NCBI GenBank assembly: GCA_048629905.1 | Contig: JAIWHF010000001.1 | Location: forward strand, 1-50,706 | Direction: 5' to 3' | DNA from: Methanosarcinales archaeon | Lineage (GTDB): Bacteria; Chloroflexota; Anaerolineae; Anaerolineales; E44-bin32 | DNA length: 50,706 bases | Part shown: in pieces, positions 16,319 through 27,262 of the stretch | Layout: the number at the start of each line of letters is the position of its first letter | Position numbering within the stretch: the stretch's first letter is position 1 | Notes under the pieces: generated by a model | Told to the model about the DNA's origin: nothing | The model's input: the letters and a program-made list of their open reading frames with translations, nothing else | Database searches by the model: none | Translations under genes and position numbers: made by a program

Positions 16319-17143
16319 ATGCCCGAACTGCCAGAAGTCGAAACGATTGCGAAAAACCTTCGTGAGGGGAACGGCTCGCCGCCGATCCCCGGTCGGCGTA
16401 TTGTCAGCTTCTCCACAGACTGGCCGCGGCACGTCGAACACCCCTCTTTGCGGTCCTTCAACAGACGGATAAAGGACCGCGAAATCGTCGACGTGAAGCG
16501 ACGAGGCAAGTACCTTGTTTTTCCACTCGACCGTGAGACGCTCCTGATCCACCTGCGCATGAGCGGCGATCTACGCCTGGCTCCCACCCAGGATCCGAAA
16601 GACCGTTTCGATCACACATTATTCAATCTGGATAATGGCTGGGACCTGCGTTTCAGCGACGCCAGAAAATTCGGTCGGGTTGGTCTCTACGCGGATCCCG
16701 AAGTAGTCCTGGGGCGATTAGGACCCGAGCCTCTCGCACCAAACTTTACACATGAACAACTCGCGAATATGCTCCATGCACGAAAACGCTTACTGAAACC
16801 TCTCCTTCTGGATCAATCTTTCCTGGCTGGATTGGGAAACATCTACACGGATGAGGCCCTGCATCAAGCCGGTCTCCACCCGCTCAGGAGAAGTGACAGT
16901 CTTTCAAATGCCGAGGTCAAACGACTCTGGAGGAGCATTCGCGAGTCGCTCGAGATGGGCATACACCACAATGGCGCCAGCATCGACTGGGTCTTTCGTG
17001 GGGGTGACTTTCAACACCATTTTCGTGTATATAAACAAGAAGGGGAACCCTGTTTTAATTGCGGCACGAAAATCCAACGCACCGTCGTCGGTGGACGCGG
17101 CACCCACTTCTGTCCGCACTGTCAGCCGGAGGACCAACCATGA
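16319..17143 (+). CDS. mutM: Formamidopyrimidine-DNA glycosylase
   Basis: N-terminal MPELPEVE catalytic Pro/Glu. H2TH region GLGNIYTDEALHQAGLHP. C-terminal zinc finger CFNCGTKIQRTVVGGRGTHFCPHCQ. Confidence 0.95.
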   Translation: MPELPEVETIAKNLREGNGSPPIPGRRIVSFSTDWPRHVEHPSLRSFNRRIKDREIVDVKRRGKYLVFPLDRETLLIHLRMSGDLRLAPTQDPKDRFDHTLFNLDNGWDLRFSDARKFGRVGLYADPEVVLGRLGPEPLAPNFTHEQLANMLHARKRLLKPLLLDQSFLAGLGNIYTDEALHQAGLHPLRRSDSLSNAEVKRLWRSIRESLEMGIHHNGASIDWVFRGGDFQHHFRVYKQEGEPCFNCGTKIQRTVVGGRGTHFCPHCQPEDQP

Positions 17144-17964
17144 ACAGTCAATTGATGATCGGAGTCTTATTAATCGCCGCTGGTATTCTTTTAGCGGTGG
17201 TAGCCTATTGGGTTATCTCGGGCGGTGGATCGACCAAAGAACCAGAATCCGCAGATGATGTAAATGGTGGAGAGGCTCCTGAAGCAGCAGCGATCGAAAC
17301 GGACATTCCCGCTCCTTTAATGTTGGACAATGAAGATATCTCCGACGACATCCCTGATCTGCCGGATGATATTCAAACATCAACCGAGCAAGATGATCTC
17401 GAGACAACAGACGAGATCGCTTCTGAGCAGCCCCCTTTGGCGGAACCTAGCCCCGAATCGGAGGCTGAGTCACTCGGCGAGGATGAAGACGAAGAGGAGC
17501 AAGCCGGCAAACCAGGCTTGCAGCCGCAAGTTGGTCCGCGGATATCTATCGCCACGCTCCTGCGCGATGATGTTACCGGGCAGCTGATCGTGAAGGTCGG
17601 GGATACAGAGTATCACAACCCCGACGACCTTAGAGCATCCGACGATTGGACCCGCGTTGAATTTGCCGCCTCAGATCTCCAAACCTGGATAATAAAAGAG
17701 GCACCTAGTCAGCCAAGGGTCGAACTCGAGCACGAACCTGTTGAGCCGAAACCCACGAGTATGATCGAACAAATAAATGTCATTCTCCAGGAGAAGATCG
17801 AATCTTCAGGTCGTTCTCATCTAGCCGTACGCCTGCTGGAGAGCCCCAGCGGAGCTGCACGCGTATTGATCGGGGTGCAGAGCTATGATCTTGCCGACGT
17901 TCCGGATGAGGATATCCGACAGCTTATCCAGGAGGCGGTTGCCATCTGGGAAGCGGACCAATAA
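17140..17964 (+). CDS. Membrane-anchored highly acidic hypothetical protein
   Basis: ATG at 17140 overlaps the mutM stop in an ATGA arrangement. TM helix MIGVLLIAAGILLAVVAYWVI is followed by a long Asp/Glu-rich region. Confidence 0.6.
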   Translation: MNSQLMIGVLLIAAGILLAVVAYWVISGGGSTKEPESADDVNGGEAPEAAAIETDIPAPLMLDNEDISDDIPDLPDDIQTSTEQDDLETTDEIASEQPPLAEPSPESEAESLGEDEDEEEQAGKPGLQPQVGPRISIATLLRDDVTGQLIVKVGDTEYHNPDDLRASDDWTRVEFAASDLQTWIIKEAPSQPRVELEHEPVEPKPTSMIEQINVILQEKIESSGRSHLAVRLLESPSGAARVLIGVQSYDLADVPDEDIRQLIQEAVAIWEADQ

Positions 17965-17970
17965 TAAAAA

Positions 17971-18819
17971 TCAATCCAGATAAATCGGCGTGAGGTGCTT
18001 TCGCCCGTCTTCTTCGACAAGGCGGGCGATTGTTATTTGGGGATCATGCTGGAAGAAAAGCCAGGCTTCGTTTTCCAATGCCCAACGCTGCCAGCGCTGT
18101 TTCGTGCGAATATTCTCCAAGGGGTAAACATCGTAGGCGGTGAGCCACGAAGTGCGCTCCATTTGTACGCCATAGGAGGCCATATCCGCTACAAAGAGAC
18201 CGCGCCAATCACCATCCTGTAAGAGGACGGATTGATGGCCGCGAGTATGCCCGGGAGTGACAACACAGTGAACACCATCCGTCACCCTGGTGTCGCCGTG
18301 AAGAAGTTTAAGCCGCCCCTGCGTGAGAAGTGGTGAAAAATTTTGCTCGAAGTAAGTTCCCCGAGTTCGTGCATCGGGATGACTTGCCTCCGCCCATTCC
18401 ATCCGCTGCACCCAGTACTCCGCCCGTGGGAACACCGGTCGCATTTCTCGTTCGATTAGCTCGGTATTCCCGGCACAGTGGTCTGCATGCAGATGGGTAT
18501 TAATCACAATATCAATATCATCTGGAGCCACACCTAAAGAAGCGAGATTCCCCAGTAGCCCGCCTCCCTCTCTCTCCAATCCCCATTGCAATGCTGCGTC
18601 TTCCGAGAGCTTATTCCCGAGCCCAGTGTCTATAAGAATGGTTTTTCCTTGTGAACGGACCAACAAGCAATTCAAGACCATCGGAATCAAGTTTTCAGTT
18701 GTTGGCGTAATATGGCGTTCAAAGAGATTGCGAGGGACTAACCCAAAAGGTCCGCCGGCATCTACCCAAACCGTACCATCATGCAGGACAGCGATTTCAA
18801 GCTCACCAATTCTGTGCAT
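17971..18819 (-). CDS. MBL-fold metallo-hydrolase
   Basis: The HxHxDH motif is NTHLHADHCAGN, and a downstream TPGHTRGH is present. Confidence 0.85.
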   Translation of the reverse strand: MHRIGELEIAVLHDGTVWVDAGGPFGLVPRNLFERHITPTTENLIPMVLNCLLVRSQGKTILIDTGLGNKLSEDAALQWGLEREGGGLLGNLASLGVAPDDIDIVINTHLHADHCAGNTELIEREMRPVFPRAEYWVQRMEWAEASHPDARTRGTYFEQNFSPLLTQGRLKLLHGDTRVTDGVHCVVTPGHTRGHQSVLLQDGDWRGLFVADMASYGVQMERTSWLTAYDVYPLENIRTKQRWQRWALENEAWLFFQHDPQITIARLVEEDGRKHLTPIYLD

Positions 18820-18824
18820 AGATC

Positions 18825-19868
18825 CTACTGCCTCCAGAATAGAGAGACGAACTCCGACTCTAATTGACTAACCCTGTGGGGGTCGAGAAAGGCTGCCTGA
18901 GCCGCAGTTAATGCAAACCCCTTCAACGACTCTAACGACAAACCCAGATGGTCGACGGCGTGTTGATACTCGAGAGACAGGGTAGTGCCGAAGATTGAGG
19001 GGTCATCCGTAGTCAGAACAGTTTGCAATCCCGCCTGTATCATCTGCGGGAGTGGGTGTGCATTAAGCGAGGGGATGGCACCGGTGAGATAATTGCTGTC
19101 TATGCTCACCTCAAACGGAATCCCTCGCTCGCGGGCCAGAGACACAACTTGCGGGTCATCCAGGATGCGAATTCCATGTCCGATACGATCCGCCCCCAGA
19201 TCGAGAATTGCCTGGCGTACGTTTTCCGCACCGGTCCACTCTCCAGCATGGATGGTCAGTCCAAGTCCGGCCTGTTTCGCGTTTGCCAAAACCGACTGAA
19301 ATGGCAGGGCGGAAAACTCGACCTCATCACCGGCAAGATCCAACCCTACAATTCCATCCTGGATATGGTCCGCCGCAATTCGAGCTGCTTCCTCGGCGAT
19401 TTCGAGCGATTCGTGGCGGTTTACGCTGACAATCAACCCGACTTCAATTCCGTGTGCTGTGGCAGCTTCTGTAGCTGCGTCTATCACCCACCGCGTCACA
19501 TCTTCCATATCGAAAACACCCGATTGAGCCAGCGCGGCCGGGGTGAAACGCAATTCGAGATAGCGCACTTGGTCTCGTGCAGCGTCCTCAACAGCTTCAA
19601 CCGTGATCCGCTGAATGATTTCCGGTGAGCGGAAGAACAGACGGATATTCGTAAATTTTGAAAGGAAATGCTCAGGGTCTCTAGGATCCCCATCGACGAC
19701 CTGTACGAGCCTTCGTAGGGATTCAATGTCTTTCGGAAGCGGCAGGGAGGCCTCGCGCACAATCTCGGCCATCGTTTCGAGGCGTAATGATCCCTCGAGA
19801 TGACGATGGAGGTCAACCTTTGGCAGTTCCAGTACCCGCTTATCTATTATTGCGGAATGATCCTTCAA
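18825..19868 (-). CDS. add: Adenosine deaminase
   Basis: VDLHRHLEGSL metal site, HAGE catalytic motif (TIHAGEW) and TTDDP near the C-terminus. Uses a TTG start preceded by AAGGAAG. Confidence 0.9.
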   Translation of the reverse strand: MKDHSAIIDKRVLELPKVDLHRHLEGSLRLETMAEIVREASLPLPKDIESLRRLVQVVDGDPRDPEHFLSKFTNIRLFFRSPEIIQRITVEAVEDAARDQVRYLELRFTPAALAQSGVFDMEDVTRWVIDAATEAATAHGIEVGLIVSVNRHESLEIAEEAARIAADHIQDGIVGLDLAGDEVEFSALPFQSVLANAKQAGLGLTIHAGEWTGAENVRQAILDLGADRIGHGIRILDDPQVVSLARERGIPFEVSIDSNYLTGAIPSLNAHPLPQMIQAGLQTVLTTDDPSIFGTTLSLEYQHAVDHLGLSLESLKGFALTAAQAAFLDPHRVSQLESEFVSLFWRQ

Positions 19869-19991
19869 CTGGCTTCCTTGCCCACCCTGGATTAGAGCAG
19901 TGGTTGAGATGTCATCTAGAAATATTTATCCGCAGCGACCGGCAAGGCGAGTGTGCTAGCGCCGGGGTCGGTCGGCAACCTGGTGTAAAGA

Positions 19992-22900
19992 CTACTTACG
20001 TTTGCGCTTCCGTTTGCGTTTCTTGCCCGACTTCTTGGGTGTGCTATCGGGCTTGCCATCATCAGCCACCGTCCCCCTGGGAGCAGGCGCCTGCTTTGCA
20101 GCTGTTGAAGAACTCGGTGTGGTTCGCAGCCGGAACATATGGGCGACAACACCAGCCCGAATGGAGGCCAGGAGTACGTTAAAGAGGTCGAATGCCCGGC
20201 TCTTATACTGCACAAGTGGATCGCGTTGACCATACGCCTCTAAGCCGATTGAGGTCCTGAGCGCCTCCATCTCCGTGAGGTAATCCACCCACTCTCGATC
20301 GCCGACCGAAAGGAAAAGTTCTCTGTGGGCACGCGCTAACGCCTGGCTCCCCAACACATTGGAGATCGTCTCGCGTGCATCCGCGGATAAGGATGAAAGA
20401 GGACCTTGCCCGGCGTATTGATCGAACGCTTCCTGCCCCAGTGCGGTTCGTAATTGATCCTGGGACCGCGATTCCAATTGATCCAACTTCGATCCGGCAA
20501 GCCGTGAGGATGCCGCATTCCCAAGCAGTTTTTTCAAGGACTCTTGAGCGCCTTCAAGATGCCGCACAATCTGTTCTGTGAGCTCGTCCGGATCGCGATC
20601 CGAGATGAGATTAGCAGCATAGAATGGATAGGTTAGACGGGCGACCTTAACCGATTGGCGCTGGTGTGTTTTCCGATCGAAAAAGCTGCGTTGACCGTAG
20701 CTCATCTGGATCAGAAAACGGATTCTCTCCCGCGCATCGAGCGTAGAATTTTCCCGGAGGGCATTCTGCAGATCTGTCTCGATTTCACCCAAGATCCGTC
20801 CTGAGCGAGCTTCCCACACGTTTTCTATCGCGTTTTGCAGGTCTTCTGATGCTTGATCCCAATCGATGGATGCTGAGACACTTGGCTGTAGATTCAGGCT
20901 TTCCCCAATCCTGCGTTCAACGGCCTGGATCAAACCGGCCCAGATGCGCAAGCCGAAACTGGCCTCTACCATCTCCCGGATTCGCCGCTGGAAACTTTGC
21001 GGATCCTCGCGCACCTGCTGCAAAGTTTTATCATCCATCTGGATGCGTAAACCTGCTGCTTGCTCGACCGCCTCCAGCAAACCGCGAGGGTCGATGTCTC
21101 TCCCCTCTTCTTCGGCTTCATAAATCGCAGCGTCGACTGCCATCTCTGCGAATTCGACACGCTGCTCAACCTGGTCATCCAGACGCTCAAGGGCATGGGT
21201 CAACTGCTCGTCAACGGCTCGCTGCAAGTGAACTTTATTCGCGTCCAATGATCCTCGAGCGATTTCTAGGAGACTCTGTTTCAATTCATCCGCTTGGGAG
21301 ACATCTTCTAATGGAGCGAGGAGCTCGCTCAACATGAAGGATGGATAAGGTTCATCACTCTCCAGCCCGATTGTCGGTTGGGTCTCCTCCAGCCAGGCAA
21401 GCAGCTTCCAGGGTCCCTCGGGATCGGCAAACGCTATTTGGACATGCTCTTCAACCTCAGTGCGCAGCATCGAGGCGATATCATCGCTTAGACTATCCTT
21501 CGTGAAGACCCGGTTGCGTTGATTGTAGAAAACCTCGCGCTGTTGATTGAGTACATCGTCATAATCGAGAAGGTGTTTTCGGGTGTCAAAATTCGCACCC
21601 TCAACCCGAGTTTGAGCTTGTTCGATCGTGCGATTCACAATGTTATGAGCGATCGGAACAGCATCATCGATATTGAAGCGCTGCATCAGATTCGCCACTT
21701 GTTCGCCGCCGAAAAGGCGCATTAACTCGTCTCCCAGAGAGAGGAAGAACTGCGAAGAGCCTGGGTCGCCCTGCCGGCCTGCGCGACCGCGCAGCTGGTT
21801 GTCGATGCGCCGTGATTCGTGCCGCTCTGAACCGATCACATGCAGACCACCCGCATCCCACACGCGCTCGCTATCCTCTATGAAGCGTTTCAGCTGCTCA
21901 ATTTCTGCTTCGTAGATTCCAATCGCCTCTTCATCCGCCTTCGCCAGTGCCTTGAGTCGCTCACCCAAACTCATGTTCTCAGGATCTTGAACCCCGATCC
22001 GCCGCAAAACACGATTCACCGCGGCGAGAATTTCCTCAGCGATCTCGCCGCCGAGCTTGATGTCTACACCTCGCCCGGCCATATTTGTGGCGATGGTCAC
22101 CGCGCCCAATGATCCTGCCCAGGCAATGATGGCTGATTCCTCATCATGCTTCTTCGCGTTCAAAACATTATGCGGAACCCCGCCCTTCAGCGCTTCAGTC
22201 AGCCTCTCAAGATCAGATGGGGCAAGTTCTAAGACCTTCAATAACCGCTCGAGATTCTCCTCGCGGGTGGGACTGAGCGAGACGTCCAATTCACGAGCGA
22301 AGGGACGCAGAGTGGGGGATTTAACCTCGGGAAGCGGAGCGTAGAGAGGTTTCAAAGCATCGACCCGCATACCATCATCGGGAATATCATGCGCCTCCAA
22401 GTAAGCATCACGGAGGATATGGATATTAGCCAGGGTTTGAAGCGCATCTGCCCGCAGGCGTGATGAGAGACGTTCTGAAAGTTCCACAGAAGTCGTCCCA
22501 ACGAGGAGCGGTTGGCCTAGTGTGTGCCGCCGCAAGATCTCCAGGGTGACCGCCCGGAGCTTAGCTTCTTCGGTTCGGAAGACGATATCCGGGTAGTCTT
22601 TACGGCGCCAAAATACCGGGTTTTGATCCTGGTCATCCACACGAGTGTAGTAGACGAAAGTGCTACCGTTGTCTGAATAAGCAATTTCATCCAGATCCGT
22701 GTCTGGCTGCATGACGATAAATTCTAGATTGGTTGGAAGCGGGACCACATCAACATCGTATATTTTGCTGAATTCCTCCGCTTCCGTGACAGCAGTTCCC
22801 GTCATGCCCGCCAACTTCTCGTACATACGGAAATAATTCTGCAAAGTGACCGTGGCATAGGTTACATTTTCTTGTCGAACGCGAACTCCCTCTTTGGCCT

Positions 22901-24011
22901 CAACTGCCTGGTGCAATCCGTCGGACCAGCGCCTGCCAGCCATCATCCGACCGGTGAATTCATCTACGATGATTACGCGGCCAGCTTGAACGACGTAGTC
23001 CTTATTCCGTTTGAAGAGATACTCTGCACGCAGCGCCTGCTCCAGGTGCCCGAGCAATCGAGCCTGCTCCGGAGTAATATCCTCAGGACGATCTGGATCG
23101 CGAATGGGTGTTTTGAGCAGCTGCTCGACATGGTTCTCGCCAATCTCAGTGAGCGCCACTGTCCGGTCCTTTTCATTGGCCTCAAAATCCTCGGCGTTAA
23201 GTTGTTTAACCACTTGGGCCATCTGGACATAGAGCTCGGGATCATCATGTGATGGACCGGAGATAATCAAGGGCGTTCTGGCTTCATCGATGAGGATGTT
23301 GTCCACTTCGTCGAGAATGGCGAAATAATGCCCGCGCTGTGACCTTGCTTCGAGTGTGCGGGCCATATTATCCCGCAGGTAATCGAAACCAAATTCGTTG
23401 TTGGTTCCATAGGTCACATCCGCCGAATATGCATCTTTCCGATCGACCAGGCGCAGTTGATGGACGTCCTCCTGGACAGATTCCAGGTCAGGATCGTACA
23501 CAAATGCCTTACGACCATGCTCGGTTCGGGAAGCTTCTTGCAGTATCCCGACGCTTAATCCTAGAAAGTGAAAAACTGGACCCATCCAGCGTGCGTCGCG
23601 CCGGGCAAGGTAATCGTTAACGGTGACCAGATGAACGCCCTGTTCTCCTAAGGCGTTGAGGTATATCGGCATCGTGGCCACCAGGGTTTTCCCTTCCCCC
23701 GTCTTCATTTCGGCGATCTGACCTTGGTGGAGGACGATTCCGCCGACAAGCTGGACATCGAAATGCCGCAACCCAACCGTGCGAATCGCAACTTCACGCA
23801 CAACCGCAAAGGCTTCAACGAGCAAGTCGTCGACAGTCTCGCCCTGCTGCAAGCGCTCCTTGAATTCGCCAGTTTTTGCTTTTAATGCCTCGTCTGAAAG
23901 AGCCTGCAATCCTGGTTCAAGCGCGTTGATCTCATCTACCATCTCGCGGTAATGATCGAGCATTTTTTGGATGGGATCGCCGCTGAGGGCCTTGGCAATA
24001 TTCTTAAACAT
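19992..24011 (-). CDS. secA: Preprotein translocase ATPase SecA (unusually long, 1339 aa)
   Basis: Walker [14 protein letters not shown]-like [56 protein letters not shown]. Large extra segments lie in NBD2 and in the helical wing region. The tail is basic, [14 protein letters not shown]. Confidence 0.95.
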   Translation of the reverse strand: MFKNIAKALSGDPIQKMLDHYREMVDEINALEPGLQALSDEALKAKTGEFKERLQQGETVDDLLVEAFAVVREVAIRTVGLRHFDVQLVGGIVLHQGQIAEMKTGEGKTLVATMPIYLNALGEQGVHLVTVNDYLARRDARWMGPVFHFLGLSVGILQEASRTEHGRKAFVYDPDLESVQEDVHQLRLVDRKDAYSADVTYGTNNEFGFDYLRDNMARTLEARSQRGHYFAILDEVDNILIDEARTPLIISGPSHDDPELYVQMAQVVKQLNAEDFEANEKDRTVALTEIGENHVEQLLKTPIRDPDRPEDITPEQARLLGHLEQALRAEYLFKRNKDYVVQAGRVIIVDEFTGRMMAGRRWSDGLHQAVEAKEGVRVRQENVTYATVTLQNYFRMYEKLAGMTGTAVTEAEEFSKIYDVDVVPLPTNLEFIVMQPDTDLDEIAYSDNGSTFVYYTRVDDQDQNPVFWRRKDYPDIVFRTEEAKLRAVTLEILRRHTLGQPLLVGTTSVELSERLSSRLRADALQTLANIHILRDAYLEAHDIPDDGMRVDALKPLYAPLPEVKSPTLRPFARELDVSLSPTREENLERLLKVLELAPSDLERLTEALKGGVPHNVLNAKKHDEESAIIAWAGSLGAVTIATNMAGRGVDIKLGGEIAEEILAAVNRVLRRIGVQDPENMSLGERLKALAKADEEAIGIYEAEIEQLKRFIEDSERVWDAGGLHVIGSERHESRRIDNQLRGRAGRQGDPGSSQFFLSLGDELMRLFGGEQVANLMQRFNIDDAVPIAHNIVNRTIEQAQTRVEGANFDTRKHLLDYDDVLNQQREVFYNQRNRVFTKDSLSDDIASMLRTEVEEHVQIAFADPEGPWKLLAWLEETQPTIGLESDEPYPSFMLSELLAPLEDVSQADELKQSLLEIARGSLDANKVHLQRAVDEQLTHALERLDDQVEQRVEFAEMAVDAAIYEAEEEGRDIDPRGLLEAVEQAAGLRIQMDDKTLQQVREDPQSFQRRIREMVEASFGLRIWAGLIQAVERRIGESLNLQPSVSASIDWDQASEDLQNAIENVWEARSGRILGEIETDLQNALRENSTLDARERIRFLIQMSYGQRSFFDRKTHQRQSVKVARLTYPFYAANLISDRDPDELTEQIVRHLEGAQESLKKLLGNAASSRLAGSKLDQLESRSQDQLRTALGQEAFDQYAGQGPLSSLSADARETISNVLGSQALARAHRELFLSVGDREWVDYLTEMEALRTSIGLEAYGQRDPLVQYKSRAFDLFNVLLASIRAGVVAHMFRLRTTPSSSTAAKQAPAPRGTVADDGKPDSTPKKSGKKRKRKRKRK

Positions 24012-24034
24012 ACTTTTTAACCTCTCCGGGCGAG

Positions 24035-24043
24035 ATTATAGCA
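24035..24043 (-). promoter_or_regulatory. Extended -10 element TGCTATAAT upstream of secA
   Basis: The minus strand reads TGCTATAAT-CTCGCCCGGAGAGGTTAAAAAGT-ATG. The RBS GGAGAGG lies between the -10 and the start. Confidence 0.4.
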
Positions 24044-24209
24044 TAGGGGTTGCCAACGCTAAGGAATAGCCGCGGTGATGTGTGTCACGCTGATGCGAAG
24101 CGCAGAGGAGGCGAAGGGAACCATAGTATGACATCGCCATCTCTTAATCAGGTTGAATTACAACTGTGCACCTCCCCCTCACGCCTGCGAAAACCTGGAA
24201 AACCATCCC

Positions 24210-24237
24210 TTGACGCCTGAATGCTTGAGAATACAAT
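24210..24237 (+). promoter_or_regulatory. Sigma-70-type promoter for tRNA-Leu
   Basis: TTGACG, a 16-nt spacer, then TACAAT, ending 8 nt before the first tRNA nucleotide. Confidence 0.5.
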
Positions 24238-24245
24238 ATGCTCAA

Positions 24246-24332
24246 GGGGCGGTGGCGGAATTGGCAGACGCCGGGGACTTAAAATCCTCTGAGGGAAACC
24301 TCGTGTGGGTTCGACTCCCACTCGCCCCACCA
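24246..24332 (+). tRNA. tRNA-Leu (anticodon UAA), class II with long variable arm, CCA encoded
   Basis: Acceptor stem GGGGCGG/TCGCCCC. Anticodon stem-loop GGGGA-CTTAAAA-TCCTC. Variable arm TGAGGGAAACCTCGTGT. T arm GTGGG-TTCGACT-CCCAC. 3' terminal ACCA. Confidence 0.9.
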
Positions 24333-24420
24333 AATCAATTCTTGAAATATCGCACCCGTGATCCGATTCTGTGAATAGATCCTGGGCAAGCCCTGTGTAA
24401 TCCTTAAGCGGAGGTTGATC

Positions 24421-25356
24421 ATGGTAAAGGGAATCCGGACCATTATCCTGAGCGCAGTGCTGCTCTTGCTGGTTGGTTGCAACCTACTGCCCGGCGTATC
24501 TGCGCCCACACCTTTCACATTTCCCACACCTAACCTTACCCACACATCCATCTTCGCCGAGATCCCTACGTCTACCAATACACCTTCGATCCTACCGATA
24601 GTTCCAACGGGGACCGCCACACCAAGCGGGCCAACCCCCACGACCGATCCGGCGGTGACGAATACTCCCAACCTCACCCCAATCCCAACGGGTTTTCGCC
24701 CGAATGGCTCTCCCGTAACAGCGGTTTACCTGAGCGCAGCTCCGGTGATCGACGGAGTGCTCAACGAGTGGTCATCGACTGCCTATCGCGCTGAGAAAAC
24801 CGTTCCTGGTGCCGGCTCGAATTGGACCGGTCCAAGCGATCTTTCTGCCACGTACTACATCGGCTGGGATGCGAATGCCCTCTACATCGGTGTAAGTAGA
24901 ACCGACGATGTAATCGTTCAGATTTCCACGGGCTACAACATGTATAAAGGTGACGATGTCGAAATTCACCTCGACATAGACCTGCCCGGCGACTTCACCT
25001 CTGTAACTATGAGCGCGGATGACTTCCAGATGGGTCTCTCGGCAGGCAACTTCGGAACACTCACTGAAGAGAGTTACCTCTGGTTTCCACGAAGCCTGCA
25101 GCGGAGCCTATCCACCGTCGAAATGAAAGCCCGGAGCACGACAGCTGGCTACGACATGGAAGCGAAAATACCCTGGTCCGTGTTCGGAATCAACCCAGTA
25201 GAAGGCGACCGCTTCGGATTCGCACTCTCGCTTTCGGATAACGACTTGCCGGGAGTAGCAGCGTGGCAGTCCATGGTATCGAGTGTATCGACGCGCAGGG
25301 TGGTCAATCCAACAACCTGGGGGACCCTGATCCTCGCCAACCCAACCGCGGAGTAA
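24421..25356 (+). CDS. Lipoprotein with CBM9-like (DOMON-like sugar-binding) domain
   Basis: Lipobox LLLVGC and a PT-rich linker. PVIDGVLNEW..., WDANALYIGV, GDDVEIHLD and GDRFGFALSLSDND match the family 9 carbohydrate-binding pattern. ATG at 24421 follows RBS GCGGAGG. Confidence 0.7.
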   Translation: MVKGIRTIILSAVLLLLVGCNLLPGVSAPTPFTFPTPNLTHTSIFAEIPTSTNTPSILPIVPTGTATPSGPTPTTDPAVTNTPNLTPIPTGFRPNGSPVTAVYLSAAPVIDGVLNEWSSTAYRAEKTVPGAGSNWTGPSDLSATYYIGWDANALYIGVSRTDDVIVQISTGYNMYKGDDVEIHLDIDLPGDFTSVTMSADDFQMGLSAGNFGTLTEESYLWFPRSLQRSLSTVEMKARSTTAGYDMEAKIPWSVFGINPVEGDRFGFALSLSDNDLPGVAAWQSMVSSVSTRRVVNPTTWGTLILANPTAE

Positions 25357-25451
25357 ACGCCTAATTACGCTACCATCTACAATGCAGTGTGAACTATTGC
25401 ATTTAATCGAGAACGGGTTGGCACACGTGGCGTCACATTGATGTCAGCGCG

Positions 25452-25493
25452 TAAAACCTCCCGCAGGTTTGGAACCTGCGGGAGGTTAATAGA
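25452..25493. repeat. REP-like palindromic element, copy 2 (no IS adjacent)
   Basis: AACCTCCCGCAGGTT-TGG-AACCTGCGGGAGGTT plus TAATAGA lies between convergent genes. It is almost identical to 9317-9358. Confidence 0.8.
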
Positions 25494-25582
25494 TCGATTT
25501 CGAGGTGCGAGGTCCCGCTCACTTCCGGGCGGAGTAGTGCAGCATAATTGCGCTACGTCGCTCACATTATTTGGAGGTGAGC

Positions 25583-26428
25583 TTAAAAAAGTACGGAAGC
25601 CAACTCGTCCCGATACTGCTGCGTTAACGTGTCTTGATCACCGATGATGGAGAATAGCGACAACAGCACTTGTTTGGGTAAACCGTCGCGGTAATTCTTT
25701 TGTTCGCGCAAGATATCGAGCATCCCATCCATCGCTGCTGGAAGATTGCCTAGGCCGATCAGGCGTGCAGCCTGATATAACTCGGCCGCGAGCGGGTCGT
25801 CCAGGTCCCTCGTTTCGGTCTCTTCAACCTCGGAAAGGAGGGCTGCTAACGGTTTGTGTCGCTCTGCAGTTGCCCATTCATTGCCGGGAGGAAAAATCTC
25901 AATTATGCGCAAAGCATCATGGCCTTTTCCCTGCATGAGTAAGCTCTCCAGTAAGCCCAGTGCAGCTGGCGCATTGGTCTCATCCATTTCGAAAATCTCA
26001 CAGAAACTGGTTTCGGCCTGTTCCCAGTGATGAGTCACAAGCAAGCTGCGTGCGTTTTCAACCGCAACTTCCGCTTCGGTTGGCGCCAGGTTGCCGATGA
26101 AACTCCGCACAACCGGTTCTGGCTGCGCACCCACAAACTCGGTTTCGACCTGACCTTGTTTAAACGCCTTGACCGCAGGGATACCCTGGACGCCATAGCG
26201 AACAGACAGACCCGGGTTTTCGTCGACATTAACCTTCGCCAGGAGAAAACTTCCCCCTGCTTCAATCGCCAACCGCTCGAGCAACGGCCCTAGAGTCCGA
26301 CAAGGACCGCACCATGGCGCCCAAAAATCTACAACGACGGGAATTTCATGAGATCGAAGGATCACTTCACCCTCGAAAGTCGCTTCATCTACGTCCAGAA
26401 TGTACTCGGAAAAACTCAAAACTTGCAC
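25583..26428 (-). CDS. Thioredoxin domain plus TPR-like C-terminal domain protein (YbbN/CnoX-like)
   Basis: VVVDFWAPWCGPCR active site followed by a helical repeat region. Uses a GTG start. Confidence 0.85.
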   Translation of the reverse strand: MQVLSFSEYILDVDEATFEGEVILRSHEIPVVVDFWAPWCGPCRTLGPLLERLAIEAGGSFLLAKVNVDENPGLSVRYGVQGIPAVKAFKQGQVETEFVGAQPEPVVRSFIGNLAPTEAEVAVENARSLLVTHHWEQAETSFCEIFEMDETNAPAALGLLESLLMQGKGHDALRIIEIFPPGNEWATAERHKPLAALLSEVEETETRDLDDPLAAELYQAARLIGLGNLPAAMDGMLDILREQKNYRDGLPKQVLLSLFSIIGDQDTLTQQYRDELASVLF

Positions 26429-26520
26429 CTCTTTCGGTTACTACTGCACGCTCGTTAGCGCTTTATTAGCGCCTCTAACTCTTTCTGGTTTTACTTCATC
26501 GTAATTAGCATGCTGATTGG

Positions 26521-26952
26521 TTAATAATCTTCGTCCGGATCAATCCCTGCTCCAGGCTGCTCAATGCGCAGGACCTCCCCATGCACGTTTATCACAACCC
26601 GGAAACCCATCATCCCCAGATACGTGCGCATGTCCTCGGGTAAACCGCTCTGGAGCAAAGCATCAAATTGGGCATCCATATTTTGAAGTGACGTTTCGAT
26701 CGCAGCCTTCGTGAAGATATCCTCCTGACCAATCATCTTCATCGTTCCCTCACTGATCATGTCCTCGTGCCCCTTTACCATCTCCTGCAACTGATCGAGG
26801 ACCTGCCGATCGACGTGCTCGCTTTCGATATGGCGGAGGAAACCATCGTCATCGACGACATAAAATGACTCTCCGCCAACAAGAACGATATCTACCCCCC
26901 TGTCATCTTCATCAACAACCAGACCTGCAAATAGTGAATGTTGTGCCATCAT
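26521..26952 (-). CDS. Acidic hypothetical protein
   Basis: 143-aa ORF with coding-like composition. I recognise no motif. Confidence 0.45.
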   Translation of the reverse strand: MMAQHSLFAGLVVDEDDRGVDIVLVGGESFYVVDDDGFLRHIESEHVDRQVLDQLQEMVKGHEDMISEGTMKMIGQEDIFTKAAIETSLQNMDAQFDALLQSGLPEDMRTYLGMMGFRVVINVHGEVLRIEQPGAGIDPDEDY

Positions 26953-27146
26953 TAGAATTCATCCCTGCCAGCTACGTGCTTAGTGGGTATCAGAAATTAT
27001 GTTAACGCGTAGCTCTTTGAGTGATCGATTATGAAGAATCTTACCAAATCCAATAGATAATAGGGAAGCGATTTCCCGGCGACGATGGATCAGCCAATTC
27101 CCAAGAACTCTTCCACCTTGGATTGAAACCATCTTATTGGATCATT

Positions 27147-27180
27147 GTCATTGCAGAGACGTTGCATGCAACGTCTCTAC
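27147..27180. repeat. GTCATTGC-type dispersed repeat carrying a perfect 24-nt palindrome
   Basis: GTCATTGC-AGAGACGTTGCATGCAACGTCTCT-AC, with the palindrome at 27155-27178. The GTCATTGC(G/A)AG head recurs at 37048 and, inverted, at 37170-37180. Confidence 0.65.
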
Positions 27181-27262
27181 CTCGGCAATATATGTCCTCA
27201 GTTTCCCTATGGTAGATATTGGGGATTCAGATTGGATTACACAATGTTAGGAAAAGAACCGC

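Noticed and set aside
20002-20040. Short periodic DNA (CGTTTGCG-type repeats) at the secA 3' end.
   Set aside because: It simply encodes the KRKRKRKRK tail and is not an independent repeat element.
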